A stretch of 59,660 bases of DNA. Origin: Clostridia bacterium. Its GTDB lineage: Bacteria > Bacillota > Clostridia > Oscillospirales > CAG-272. Position numbers and translations under genes: made by a program. Shown here one piece after another: positions 12,579 to 22,312 of this stretch. Position 1 is the first letter of the stretch. Each line of letters opens with the position of its first letter. The notes beneath the pieces are model-generated. The model was not told where the DNA came from, did no database searches, and saw only the letters and a program-made list of their open reading frames with translations. Location of the stretch: positions 1 through 59,660 of the forward strand of contig JAFWTH010000050.1 in NCBI GenBank assembly GCA_017518975.1, in the 5' to 3' direction.

Positions 12579-13795
12579 TATTTGTTATTAAGCCTTCTCG
12601 GCATGACTATATGAAGAAAATCGAATTTGTCTTCTTCTTTCTTTTCCTTTTTCTCTTCTCCCTCAAAGTTGAGGAAGCGGCTTCCTTCTCCGTTTTCGAT
12701 GCACACTCCCTCGACCGCCGAGTTGAGTCTGAATCTGATCCTTGATACGTTCTCGGGACACGCCTTCAGCGCCTCGAGAAGATATCTTCCGGTAAAGCCA
12801 ATCGTGAGATCCTCTCCTCCGATCGCAGCAGTTACTTTTTCAACGCTCGATCCTTCGGATGAAACGCACGATATCGTGATCTCACCGCCCGCAAATTCGA
12901 GTTTGACAATCGCTTTGTTGTTTCCTCCGAGTTTATCCTCGGAGATGATCGCCGCCCTTTCGAGAGCGTCCCTGATCTCTGCCGGATCGAAGTACGCCTC
13001 AGTCGCGTACGTCTTCGGGAATATTCTCTCGTAATCCATATAATTGCTCTCAATGAGCCGTGTGAAGAAATATATACGGTCTACCTTGAAAATAACATGC
13101 TTTCTTCCGATAATGACGGTCGTTTCGTCTTCGCTGTCTCGGAGTATCCTCATAAGTTCGCCGAGGAACTTTCCGGGAATGATTATTCCCGCCTCGTCAG
13201 CTTCTTTTTCAAGCTCGTACGACGCGAGCGAGAGACGGCTTCCGTCGCATCCGACCATCGTGAGGACGCCGTCTTTGACCTTCATATACGCACCGTTGAG
13301 GTTCGCCCTCTGATCGTTCTGTGCAACGGCGAAAATAACTCTTGAAATAAGAGTTCTGACCGCGTATTGAGGAAGCTCGTATTTTTTATCTCCGATAAAC
13401 ATAGGCATTGCCGGAAAATCGTCTGCGGGCGACACCGATATCGTGTACCTCGCCTGACCGCCCGTGATAACGGCTCTTTGTTTATCGTCGACTTCGATCG
13501 TTATCTCCCCGTCTGGAAGAACTCTCACGATCTGAAGAATGCGGGAAGCGTTGATTACGCAGTTTCCCGGCTCGTATATCCTGCACGGGACCGTCGTTCT
13601 TATTCCTTTTTCAAGGTCGTACGCCGATATTCTCGCGCATCCTTCCTCATCGTCGTTCACTTTGCCGAATTTTTCATCTGCAGGACATTCAAAAAGAAGA
13701 CCTCCTACGGTGACCATAGTATTCTTTACCTGTGAAATCGAAGAAGCAGGGATCAGAGTTGCGAGCAGTTTTTCTTTTTCAAACGAAACTTTCAT
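12578..13795 (-). CDS. dnaN: DNA polymerase III beta sliding clamp
   Basis: Three-domain clamp pattern. Ends ...HIVMPRRL. 405 aa with a Lys/Glu-rich insertion near the C-terminus. RBS aaaggag. Confidence 0.93.
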
Positions 13796-14178
13796 GATTT
13801 TTCTCCTTTCGGGGCGTTCATTGTTAATAAAAGTAAAAAAAGTAATAAAAGTATTTATTCAGAAGTATAAGAAGCAGAGGTCTTGGAAATGTTTGAAAAC
13901 CCGGGAAATCCCTTTAAAAAGGGGAAATATTTTTCAAATATTCACGATTTTTTTAAGGAAAAATTCCATCGGTTTTTATTTGAAGTTTTTTTGAAATCGT
14001 ATGGCTTATAAAATTGAATGATCATAAATCCGGGATATTCGTTTTTTAAAAAATTTTTCGTCAGGTTTCAAGCGGGTTTTCACCCGTTATACGAACGGGT
14101 TTTCAAAAACCTGTTTGCATCTGCGTTAACTGCATTGAAAACAAGAGCTGAAAACGTGACGAAATCAGGTTGAAAAGT
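13796..14178. promoter_or_regulatory. AT-rich dnaA-dnaN spacer with a cluster of GTTTTCA/TGAAAAC boxes (candidate oriC half)
   Basis: Box-like motifs at 13893, 14065, 14076 and 14099 (forward) and 14135, 14148 and 14170 (reverse). Flanking long A/T runs. Position is equivalent to the incC/DUE part of Firmicutes oriC. Confidence 0.5.
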
Positions 14179-15573
14179 TCAGGTTCTCTTGATATCATTG
14201 ATGATATCGTTTATCTCACTTTCCAACAGGGGATCGAGAGCCATCTGTCTTTCGACAGCATCGAGATTTGAGTGTACCGTGCTGTAATCTCTTTCAAAAT
14301 ATGAACCGATCTTCGGAAGAGAGAGTTGTGTGAGAGAACGGATAATATACATACAGACGTTTCTTGCGTTTTTTATCTCTTTGTTTCTCTTTCTTCCGAG
14401 AATATCCTCGGGGTCGACGTGAGTCCTTCTGGCAACGCAGGATATTATCGTGTCGACGTAGTCGTTTATTGAGAAAGTATCCCTTATGTATTCAGGTACG
14501 GTCGTCTTCACAAGATCGAGAGTGACAGGCTGACCGGTGAGAAGACTCTTTGCGGCGAGTTTCTTGATGACCCCTTCTATCTGACGGACGTTTGACTGAA
14601 GTTTTTCGGCAAGAAAATTAAGGACCTCGGGCGACAGTGACAGACCGTGATGCTCCGCTTTATTTTGAAGTATCGCGAGACGGAGCTCAAGATCCGGGGG
14701 CTGGATATCTGCGAGAAGACCGGATTCGAAACGGTTTCTGATCCTCTCCTCGAGAATGGTCAGTTCCTGCGGGGGACGGTCTGACGTTATGATTATCTGT
14801 CTGTGATCTTCATAAAGCGCTTCAAAAGTATGGAAGAATTCCGTCTGAGTCGACTGGCTCGCGCCGCTCGCGATATACTGGATATCGTCGATCAGCAGCA
14901 TATCCGCGCCGCGGAATTTTTCTCTGAACTCGACGGTTTTGCCAGTTTTGATCGAGATTATGAACTGATTCATAAAATCCTCGCCCTTGACGTAGATCAC
15001 GTTCATCGATCCGTCTCTCTCGAGGACTCTGTTCGCTATCGCGTACATCAGGTGTGTTTTTCCGAGTCCGCTGTGTCCGTATATAAAGAGAGGATTTATC
15101 AGTTTCCCGGGATTTTCCGCGACGGATACGGCGTTTGCGTGAGCCATCGCGTTCGATCTTCCGACTACGAAGTTGTCAAACGTAAAATCGGAATTGAAAG
15201 TGAGTTTTCTTTCCGAGCCCTTTTTCAACTCTCTTTCTTCAGCGGCGGGACGCGTATCAGCGGTTTCTTCATCCGCGGGAGGGTAGAAAAAAGACGGAGC
15301 GTCGTCTTCATCGGACGATACGATCGTGACGTTTTTCGGTATGAAACCGATGACGTTCTCAAGATGGCGGCAAAGATAATCAAGATATTTTGTCTCGATC
15401 ACCGATCTTTTCATCTCGGAATCGCAGACGAACACAGCGCTGTCGGCGGACAGAGAATCGAGCGTACAGGTGCCGAACCACAAAGACAGAGCGGTGCTCG
15501 GCAACTCTTTCTCTGCCTTCATCGATTCGTACATCATGCTCCAGATGGAGGCGCCGTCTTGTTTAGTATTCAT
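14179..15573 (-). CDS. dnaA: Chromosomal replication initiator protein DnaA
   Basis: AAA+ motifs (GHSGLGKTHLM, LLIDDIQ) and a C-terminal DnaA-box-binding helix region (NARNVCMYIIRSLT). Confidence 0.97.
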   Translation of the reverse strand: MNTKQDGASIWSMMYESMKAEKELPSTALSLWFGTCTLDSLSADSAVFVCDSEMKRSVIETKYLDYLCRHLENVIGFIPKNVTIVSSDEDDAPSFFYPPADEETADTRPAAEERELKKGSERKLTFNSDFTFDNFVVGRSNAMAHANAVSVAENPGKLINPLFIYGHSGLGKTHLMYAIANRVLERDGSMNVIYVKGEDFMNQFIISIKTGKTVEFREKFRGADMLLIDDIQYIASGASQSTQTEFFHTFEALYEDHRQIIITSDRPPQELTILEERIRNRFESGLLADIQPPDLELRLAILQNKAEHHGLSLSPEVLNFLAEKLQSNVRQIEGVIKKLAAKSLLTGQPVTLDLVKTTVPEYIRDTFSINDYVDTIISCVARRTHVDPEDILGRKRNKEIKNARNVCMYIIRSLTQLSLPKIGSYFERDYSTVHSNLDAVERQMALDPLLESEINDIINDIKRT

Positions 15574-15774
15574 AAACAGGATCGACCTTTCTTTCGTAAA
15601 GATGAGGCCGGGAACAACGGTAAAAAAGACGATCTGGGCGTTCCCGGCAAAACGTTTTTCAATTCGTTTCGAAATCAGCCCATTATTTACAGTTATTATA
15701 TCATATTAATATATACCTGTCAAGCGCGCGCACGCGCGCGCGTAAGAGAATATAGAAGAAAACAGAAAAAAACG
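15574..15774. promoter_or_regulatory. dnaA upstream AT-rich region with an embedded alternating GC tract
   Basis: attatttacagttattatatcatattaatatatacc is followed by gcgcgcgcacgcgcgcgcgta (15724-15744). One TTGAAAAAC-like box at ~15650-15660. Confidence 0.4.
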
Positions 15775-15976
15775 TTGACACATACCGCGCCTTATGATAA
15801 AATATTTCACCGGAAAAAGAAAAACGAGAGGATGTGAGAACAGTGAGAAACGAAATCGCCGTTTTCCCGTCCCACCTTTTCATTTTTTCCGTCTTTAAAA
15901 AGAATAAGGATGTTATCCGAAAATCAGGATCATAGGTATTTTCTTCACCCTCAGCGGTCGGGAAAATACCTTTTTT
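15775..15976 (+). promoter_or_regulatory. carB promoter and ~190-nt leader with intrinsic terminator (attenuator)
   Basis: TTGACA (15775), 17 nt, TAAAAT (15798). Terminator ggtattttc...gaaaatacc + T6 (15935-15976) lies 20 nt before the carB ATG. An upstream gaaaat can compete for attttc. acgagaggatgtgagaac resembles a PyrR binding loop. Confidence 0.55.
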
Positions 15977-15995
15977 ATTCAGAACGGAGGAAACT

Positions 15996-18900
15996 ATGTC
16001 AAAAAGAACCGATTTGAAAAAAATCCTCATCATCGGCTCGGGACCGATCGTCATCGGTCAGGCGGCGGAATTCGATTACGCGGGCACGCAGGCGTGTCTT
16101 GCGCTGAAAGAAGAGGGTTACGAGGTCGTTCTCATCAACTCCAACCCCGCGACGATAATGACGGACACGTCGATCGCCGACAAGGTATATATGGAGCCGT
16201 TGACGCTCGAATACGCCGCGAGGATCCTCCGGTACGAAAGGCCGGACGCGATCGTTCCCGGTATAGGCGGTCAGACGGGTCTCAATCTCGCCGTACAGCT
16301 TGAAAAGAAGGGCATCCTCAAAGAGTGCGGCGTCGAACTGCTCGGAACCCCCTCAAAGAGCATCGAGCGCGCCGAGGACAGAGAACTGTTCAAGGAAATG
16401 TGCGAAGCCATAGGCGAACCCGTCATCCCCTCCGAGATCACTTACAGCGTCGAGGAGGCGAAGGAAGCGGCGAAGAGGATCGGATATCCTGTCGTCCTTC
16501 GGCCTGCGTTCACGCTCGGCGGAACGGGCGGAGGGTTCGCCGACGACGAGGAAGAACTCGTGAAAGTAGCGACGATCGGTTTCAACGCTTCTCCCGTCGG
16601 TCAGGTCCTCGTCGAGAAGAGCGTCAAGGGCTACAAGGAGATCGAATACGAGGTCATGAGGGACTCCACGGACCGCACCATCACGATCTGCGGAATGGAG
16701 AACGTCGATCCGGTCGGCGTTCACACGGGCGACTCGATCGTCGTCGCGCCGATCATGTCTCTTTCAAAGGAAGAGGACGCGAAGCTTCAAAAAAGCGCGC
16801 ACAAGATACTCAGGGAACTCGGGATCGAGGGCGGCTGCAACGTCCAGTTCGCGCTTCACCCGACGACCGGCGAATACTTTCTCATTGAGATCAACCCGCG
16901 CGTCTCGCGCTCGTCCGCTCTCGCGAGCAAGGCGAGCGGATATCCTATCGCGCGCGTCACGGCGAAGGTCGCCGTCGGAATGGACCTCGACGAGATCCCC
17001 GTCGCGGGCGGGTACGCCTCGACGGAGCCGTCTCTCGACTACGTCGTCGCCAAATTCCCGCGTTTCCCGTTCGACAAGTTCCCGGACGCCCCGAACACGC
17101 TCGGAACGCAGATGAAGGCGACCGGCGAGGTCATGGGCATCGGCACGACGCTGTCCGAATGCTTCCTGAAATCGATCCGCTCCCTCGAGATCGGCGTCTG
17201 CCACGTCAGAGCAGCTAAATTCGACAGGATGACAGACGGCGAGCTCCGGGAGTATCTAAGCGAATTCCGCTCGGACAATATTTTTGCCATCGCAGAGCTC
17301 TTCCGCCGCGGGGCGGACGTCGGAGAGATCCACGCGATAACCGCGATAACTGAGCTCTTCCTCGAATGTATCCGCGATATCGTCGCTGAGGAAAAAACGC
17401 TCGCGGCGAAGCGGGGCGACGCGGACGCGCTCTTCGCCGCGAAGAAGACGGGTTTCTCCGACGCGTATATCGCGAAACTCTGGGGCATGAGCGAAAAAGA
17501 GGTCTGGGAGTTCCGTCGGTCTCTCGGGATCAAACCCGTATTCCGCATGGTCGACACGCTCCACACGGGCAAATACATCGCGTACCTTTATTCGACCTAC
17601 GCCGACCTTGAGAACCAGTCGCGATACGACGCGGGCAAAAAGCTCGTCGTCCTCGGCGCGGGACCGATCAGGATAGGTCAGGGCGTCGAATTCGACTACT
17701 CGACGGTCCACGCCGCCCAGACGATCCGCAAGGAGGGCTACGAGGCCATTATAATCAACAATAACCCCGAAACCGTATCTACGGACTATACGACTGCGGA
17801 CAAGCTCTATTTCGAGCCCCTGACGCCCGAGGACGTCATGAACGTGGTCGAATTTGAAAACCCCGACGGCGTCGTCGCGTCGCTCGGCGGTCAGACGGCG
17901 GTCAACCTCGCCGCTCCGCTCACGGAACGAGGAGTCAAAATTGCCGGAACCGACTGCGCCGCGATCGATCGCGCGGAGGACAGGGACGCGTTCGAGAAGA
18001 TCATCGAAAAACTCGGAATCCCGCAGCCGAAGGGAGTCGCCGTCACGAAGATCGAGGACGGCGTGAGAGCGGCGTCCGAGATCGGATATCCCGTCCTCGT
18101 CCGCCCGAGCTTCGTTCTCGGAGGACGCGCGATGCAGATCGTCGCGAACGAGGAGCAGCTCCGCCGGTATCTGCGCGAGGCGGTCGAGATAGACGAGGAA
18201 AAACCGGTTCTCGTGGATAAATACATAATCGGTAAAGAGGTCGAGGTCGACGCGGTCTGCGACGGGGTCGACGTGTTCGTCGCCGGGATAATGGAACTCG
18301 TCGAGCGGACGGGCGTCCACTCGGGCGATTCGATCAGCGTTTATCCGTCGTTTTCGATCTCCGACAGAGTCAAGGGGACGATCCTCCGATACGCGAAGGA
18401 GCTCGGCCTGGGGCTCGGCATCGTCGGCCTTTACAACATCCAGTTCATCGTCGACCGGGACGAGAAGGTCTATATTATAGAGGTCAACCCGCGCTCGTCG
18501 CGCACCGTTCCGTTCCTCTCGAAGGCGACGGGCTACAACCTCGCCGATATAGCGACCGAGGCGATCCTCGGCAAGACGCTCAAGGAGCAAGGGATCTTCA
18601 CGATCTACCCCGACGAAAAGAAGAGATGGTACGTAAAAGTGCCCGTCTTCTCGTTCTCGAAGATCAGGGGTCTGGACGCGTACCTGTCGCCCGAGATGAA
18701 GTCGACGGGCGAGGCGATCGGCTACGACGACGGGCTCAACCGCGCGATGTACAAGGCGCTTCAGGCGTCGGGCATGAAACTCAGGAATTACGGCACGGTC
18801 CTCGTCACCGTCGCCGACAAGGACAAGGACGAGATCCTGCCGCTTATCCGCCGGTTCTACGCTCTCGGCTTCAACATCGAGGCGACGGAGGGAACGGCGC

Positions 18901-19172
18901 GGTTCCTCAAGGAGCACGGGATCAGAACGAGGATCAAGAAGAAGATCAGCGAGGGCTCGACCGAGATCCCCGACGCGCTGCGCGGCGGGTACGTCGCGTA
19001 CGTGATCAACACGCGCGATATCGGCGAGATGAACGCCGCCACCGACGGAGCGGAGATAAGGAAACTCGCGACGGAGAACAACGTCACTCTCTTCACCGCC
19101 GCCGACACCGTTCGCATACTGCTTGACGTTCTTGAAGAAACGACGCTGACGATATCGACGATCGATTCATAA
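15996..19172 (+). CDS. carB: Carbamoyl-phosphate synthase large subunit
   Basis: 1058 aa, duplicated ATP-grasp halves plus an MGS-like C-terminus. N-terminus ILIIGSGPIVIGQAAEFDYAGTQA. Confidence 0.97.
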   Translation: MSKRTDLKKILIIGSGPIVIGQAAEFDYAGTQACLALKEEGYEVVLINSNPATIMTDTSIADKVYMEPLTLEYAARILRYERPDAIVPGIGGQTGLNLAVQLEKKGILKECGVELLGTPSKSIERAEDRELFKEMCEAIGEPVIPSEITYSVEEAKEAAKRIGYPVVLRPAFTLGGTGGGFADDEEELVKVATIGFNASPVGQVLVEKSVKGYKEIEYEVMRDSTDRTITICGMENVDPVGVHTGDSIVVAPIMSLSKEEDAKLQKSAHKILRELGIEGGCNVQFALHPTTGEYFLIEINPRVSRSSALASKASGYPIARVTAKVAVGMDLDEIPVAGGYASTEPSLDYVVAKFPRFPFDKFPDAPNTLGTQMKATGEVMGIGTTLSECFLKSIRSLEIGVCHVRAAKFDRMTDGELREYLSEFRSDNIFAIAELFRRGADVGEIHAITAITELFLECIRDIVAEEKTLAAKRGDADALFAAKKTGFSDAYIAKLWGMSEKEVWEFRRSLGIKPVFRMVDTLHTGKYIAYLYSTYADLENQSRYDAGKKLVVLGAGPIRIGQGVEFDYSTVHAAQTIRKEGYEAIIINNNPETVSTDYTTADKLYFEPLTPEDVMNVVEFENPDGVVASLGGQTAVNLAAPLTERGVKIAGTDCAAIDRAEDRDAFEKIIEKLGIPQPKGVAVTKIEDGVRAASEIGYPVLVRPSFVLGGRAMQIVANEEQLRRYLREAVEIDEEKPVLVDKYIIGKEVEVDAVCDGVDVFVAGIMELVERTGVHSGDSISVYPSFSISDRVKGTILRYAKELGLGLGIVGLYNIQFIVDRDEKVYIIEVNPRSSRTVPFLSKATGYNLADIATEAILGKTLKEQGIFTIYPDEKKRWYVKVPVFSFSKIRGLDAYLSPEMKSTGEAIGYDDGLNRAMYKALQASGMKLRNYGTVLVTVADKDKDEILPLIRRFYALGFNIEATEGTARFLKEHGIRTRIKKKISEGSTEIPDALRGGYVAYVINTRDIGEMNAATDGAEIRKLATENNVTLFTAADTVRILLDVLEETTLTISTIDS

Positions 19173-19290
19173 AAAAACGCCGTCAGGCGCAATTCACGGA
19201 GAGCCGCGGCGCATCGCGCCGCGGCTCGAGAATTCATGAGCCCCGCGACAAACTGTCGCGGGGCTCAATTCATGCGGCGCAGGCCGCAAA
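19164..19290 (+). repeat. Hairpin array 2 (AATTCAT/AATTCAC linkers)
   Basis: Linkers at 19164, 19191, 19231 and 19267. Hairpins are cgcc-gtca-ggcg, gagccgcggcg-catc-gcgccgcggctc, gagccccgcga-caaac-tgtcgcggggctc and gcggc-gcag-gccgc. Confidence 0.7.
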
Positions 19291-19320
19291 CAGCTTATCG
19301 GAACAGGGCGCCGGACGGGA

Positions 19321-20100
19321 TCAGCCGAGGCTCTCGGCGACCTTCATAACCTCTTCGCCGCTTACGCCGCCCGACTGTATACATACGGTGAAGTTTTTGT
19401 CGCCGAATTCAAGTCGGACGAATTCATGATCTTCGCCATCGTAATAATAGAAGACGTCGAACATAAGGGCGGGCATTCCGTTAACGGTCGTCTCTGCTGA
19501 CATTTCGAGCGCTTCGTCGGAATATCCGGTTTCCCGGCTTCCCTCCTGAATGTAGATCACGATATACGGAGGATGAGCAACGCCCGGCTCGCCCGGCGCG
19601 GTAACGTCGGCGGGAGTGACTATTTCGAATATACGTGTCTGATATCCCATATCAGGCCAGTATTCGGCGTCTCTGGCGCATAGAACGAGTCCTTCGGGAA
19701 CGTATCCGACGAAAAGATCGGATATGTCCTTTCCGTCAAAGAAAGAACCGTCGTCGTCAGGACCCGCAAACCTGACCCAGATGTAGTCGTTGACAACTCT
19801 GTATATCGTACCGGTCACCGCCGCTCTCACGTTTTTGTTCAGCATCAGCGCGGCGGAGGAGGCGGAGATCAAAACCAACACTATCACGGCGACGCGTCTC
19901 AAAACTTTGAGCGCCGCCGAACCGCGCTCCTTTCTCTTCGCCGCTTTGCCGTACTTCAGGCAGTCTTCCTCGCTCGGCGGGAACGCCTCGCGCAGTTCTT
20001 CGTCCGACGGAAGAGCCTCGTCTTCCCGGCGGACGTATTCCTCAAACGCCTTTCCGAGAAGGATATCGAGTTCTTCGTCTTTATTCTTTTTCCTATTCAT
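19321..20100 (-). CDS. Anti-sigma factor, single TM, extracytoplasmic DUF4367-like domain
   Basis: Start overlaps the sigma gene stop by 8 nt. Charged cytoplasmic N-terminus, TM segment VAVIVLVLISASSAALML, C-terminal VGYVPEGL...TVNGMPALMF...FGDKNFTV domain. Confidence 0.8.
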   Translation of the reverse strand: MNRKKNKDEELDILLGKAFEEYVRREDEALPSDEELREAFPPSEEDCLKYGKAAKRKERGSAALKVLRRVAVIVLVLISASSAALMLNKNVRAAVTGTIYRVVNDYIWVRFAGPDDDGSFFDGKDISDLFVGYVPEGLVLCARDAEYWPDMGYQTRIFEIVTPADVTAPGEPGVAHPPYIVIYIQEGSRETGYSDEALEMSAETTVNGMPALMFDVFYYYDGEDHEFVRLEFGDKNFTVCIQSGGVSGEEVMKVAESLG

Positions 20101-20647
20101 GATATCCCTCCTTTCTCAACGTTTCTCTGAGGAGCATCTTGCCTCTGTGGATCCTGGTGCTCGCCGTTCGCTCGGGCAGCCCGAGAAGCGACGCCACTTC
20201 CTTTTCCTTATATCCGTGCACGTATTTCAGCACGCACGCGTCGCGGTACAGCTCCGGGAGCGATCCGATCGCCCTCATGACCGTGTCGACCGTCTCGTCC
20301 GCGATCGCCGTCTGCTCCGCGGGAGGCGCAGCGTCCGGGGCCTCTTCGGGAAGCTCCGACAGGGGGACGCTGTCCCTGTCCTTTTTTCTCACCCTGTCGA
20401 GCGCGCAGTTGCGAGCGACGATACAGCATAGGTTTTTGAGCCGCTTCTTGTCGGAGGACTCGATGATACCGACGTTTTTGATGAGCTTGACCATCGCGTC
20501 GTGGACCGCGTCGTCCGCGTCCTGGCTTTCCCGCGTCAGCACTCTGCCCGCGACGAACCGCATAAGCGGATAATACTGTCGGTAGATATATTCGATTAGT
20601 TCTTTATCCGACCGTCTTTCAACAGTCAGAGCAGAAAAAACGACCAT
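20093..20647 (-). CDS. ECF-type sigma-70 family RNA polymerase sigma factor
   Basis: 184 aa. Region 2 (YRQYYPLMRFVAGRVL...DAVHDAMVKL) and region 4 HTH (KEKEVASLLGLPERTASTRIHRGK). Confidence 0.9.
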   Translation of the reverse strand: MVVFSALTVERRSDKELIEYIYRQYYPLMRFVAGRVLTRESQDADDAVHDAMVKLIKNVGIIESSDKKRLKNLCCIVARNCALDRVRKKDRDSVPLSELPEEAPDAAPPAEQTAIADETVDTVMRAIGSLPELYRDACVLKYVHGYKEKEVASLLGLPERTASTRIHRGKMLLRETLRKEGYHE

Positions 20648-20930
20648 AGGATCACCCCGAAAAGGCTTTTCATATGTTAGTACGGCTGAAGCCGTCTTTT
20701 TTTTTCAGAAATTTCAAATATTTTTGAAAGAATCCGGCTTTTCGTTCCGTATTGATAAACAGAAGGGCGTCCGGGACCGACTCCTTCCGGTTCGGGTAAG
20801 AGAGGCAAACGGAAAATGGGGTTTCCTTTTACATTTTACCAAAAAACCGCGAAGAAGTAAACCGACTCGGACGTCCTCCGGTATTATCCGGTAGCGTGGC
20901 ATTCGTCACAGAAGAAAGGAGATAAATGAA

Positions 20931-22091
20931 ATGAAGAAAATCTTAACGCTGACCGCGGCGGCGCTTGCGGCTCTCATGCTGCTTCCGCTCTCCGCGTTCG
21001 CGGCGAAGGACGGCGGCGCCCTGCCGTTTTCCGACGTCAAAAACGGAGAATGGTATTATGACGGAGTGAAAAGCGTCTATGAGTCGAACCTCATGAGGGG
21101 CACGTCCGCCACCGAGTTTAATCCCGGGGGTAAGCTGACCCGCGGAATGTGCGCCGCGATCCTGTACCGCGCTGCGAAAGAGCCCGCGGTCAAAGCCGCG
21201 GCGACGTTTGCCGACGTCGACGCCGGCGCGTACTACGCCGACGCCGTCGCCTGGGCGCAGAGCGAGAAGATCGTGATGGGCAGATCGGCGACCGAGTTCG
21301 ATCCCGACGCGAACGTCAACCGCGCCGAGTTCTCGACGATGATGTACAGATATCTTGAGGCCGGCGATCTCGAGCTTCCCGAAACACGCGACGGAGAGCC
21401 GACGGACGCCGATGATATCCCCGAATACGCCGCTGAGGCGGTCGACGCGCTCTACGACGCGGAAGTCGTCAACGGCAGAGAGAACGGCGAGTTCGATCCC
21501 GACGCGGATATCACCCGCGCCGAAGCTGCGTCCGTTCTGGATCGGTTCTTCGAGAGAGTTACCGTTAGATGGACGAAGTTCTACAGGACGTATAACGAAA
21601 CCTGGGATAACTACGCATGGGTCACCTTCGATCAGAGCCCGGACGGCGGATTTTACAAGGACGCTCGAATTGCCGACCTCACCGTCGGATATATCCCCGA
21701 AGGACTTGTTCTGTGCGATTCGGCAGACGCCGAGTATGACGAAGCTCTGGGATATCAGTTCCGTCTTTTCGTAATATGCGATCCCGCCGACGTTACCGCG
21801 CCGGGCGAACCGGGCTGCACGCATCCTCCGTATGTCGTGATCTACGTTCGGGAGGGCGACCGGGAGACCGGATACTCCGACGAAGCGCTCGCGATCTCCA
21901 AGGAGATCACGGTCAACGGAATGGCGGCGCTTATGTTCGACTTCTGCTTTGAAAGTGGGGGCGAACAGTACGAAAGCACCAGACTTGAGTTCGGCGACAA
22001 GAACTTCACGGTCTGCATGCAGGGCATGAACGTCAGCGGCGAAGACGTTTTGAAGATCGCCGAGAGCCTGACGGTAATTCCCGCAGAGTAA
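20931..22091 (+). CDS. SLH-anchored protein with C-terminal DUF4367-like domain
   Basis: Signal peptide and three SLH repeats (FSDVKNGEWYY..., FADVDAGAYYADAV..., IPEYAAEAVDAL...). The C-terminal 140 aa are ~65-70 % identical to the neighbouring anti-sigma sensor domain. Confidence 0.85.
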   Translation: MKKILTLTAAALAALMLLPLSAFAAKDGGALPFSDVKNGEWYYDGVKSVYESNLMRGTSATEFNPGGKLTRGMCAAILYRAAKEPAVKAAATFADVDAGAYYADAVAWAQSEKIVMGRSATEFDPDANVNRAEFSTMMYRYLEAGDLELPETRDGEPTDADDIPEYAAEAVDALYDAEVVNGRENGEFDPDADITRAEAASVLDRFFERVTVRWTKFYRTYNETWDNYAWVTFDQSPDGGFYKDARIADLTVGYIPEGLVLCDSADAEYDEALGYQFRLFVICDPADVTAPGEPGCTHPPYVVIYVREGDRETGYSDEALAISKEITVNGMAALMFDFCFESGGEQYESTRLEFGDKNFTVCMQGMNVSGEDVLKIAESLTVIPAE

Positions 22092-22312
22092 TTATCGAGT
22101 GAATCTCCCTTTCAGTCGGATCAAGTGACCGCGCATTTTTTACCGGATAAATCTCTGTGACTTATTCAATCCGAACGCCACGCACAGATCAAAAACGCGC
22201 GCACTTGACCGACAGCGAAGACTTCCCGGCAACGCATCGTTGCCGGGAGGTCTTTCACGCGTTTTTTGCCTGTTTCGTCACGATCCCTTCTTGAATTTTC
22301 AGGAGAAAAAAT

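Noticed and set aside
15908-15920. TTATCCGAA, the closest match to a canonical DnaA box near dnaA.
   Set aside because: It is a single copy with two mismatches, located inside the carB leader. It is not enough to define an origin on its own.
20682-20705. Short hairpin acggc-tgaa-gccgt plus T9 between the sigma operon and the SLH gene, considered as an attenuator.
   Set aside because: The stem is only 5 bp, and the orientation relative to either promoter is ambiguous. I could not identify an ECF-type -35/-10 promoter with confidence.
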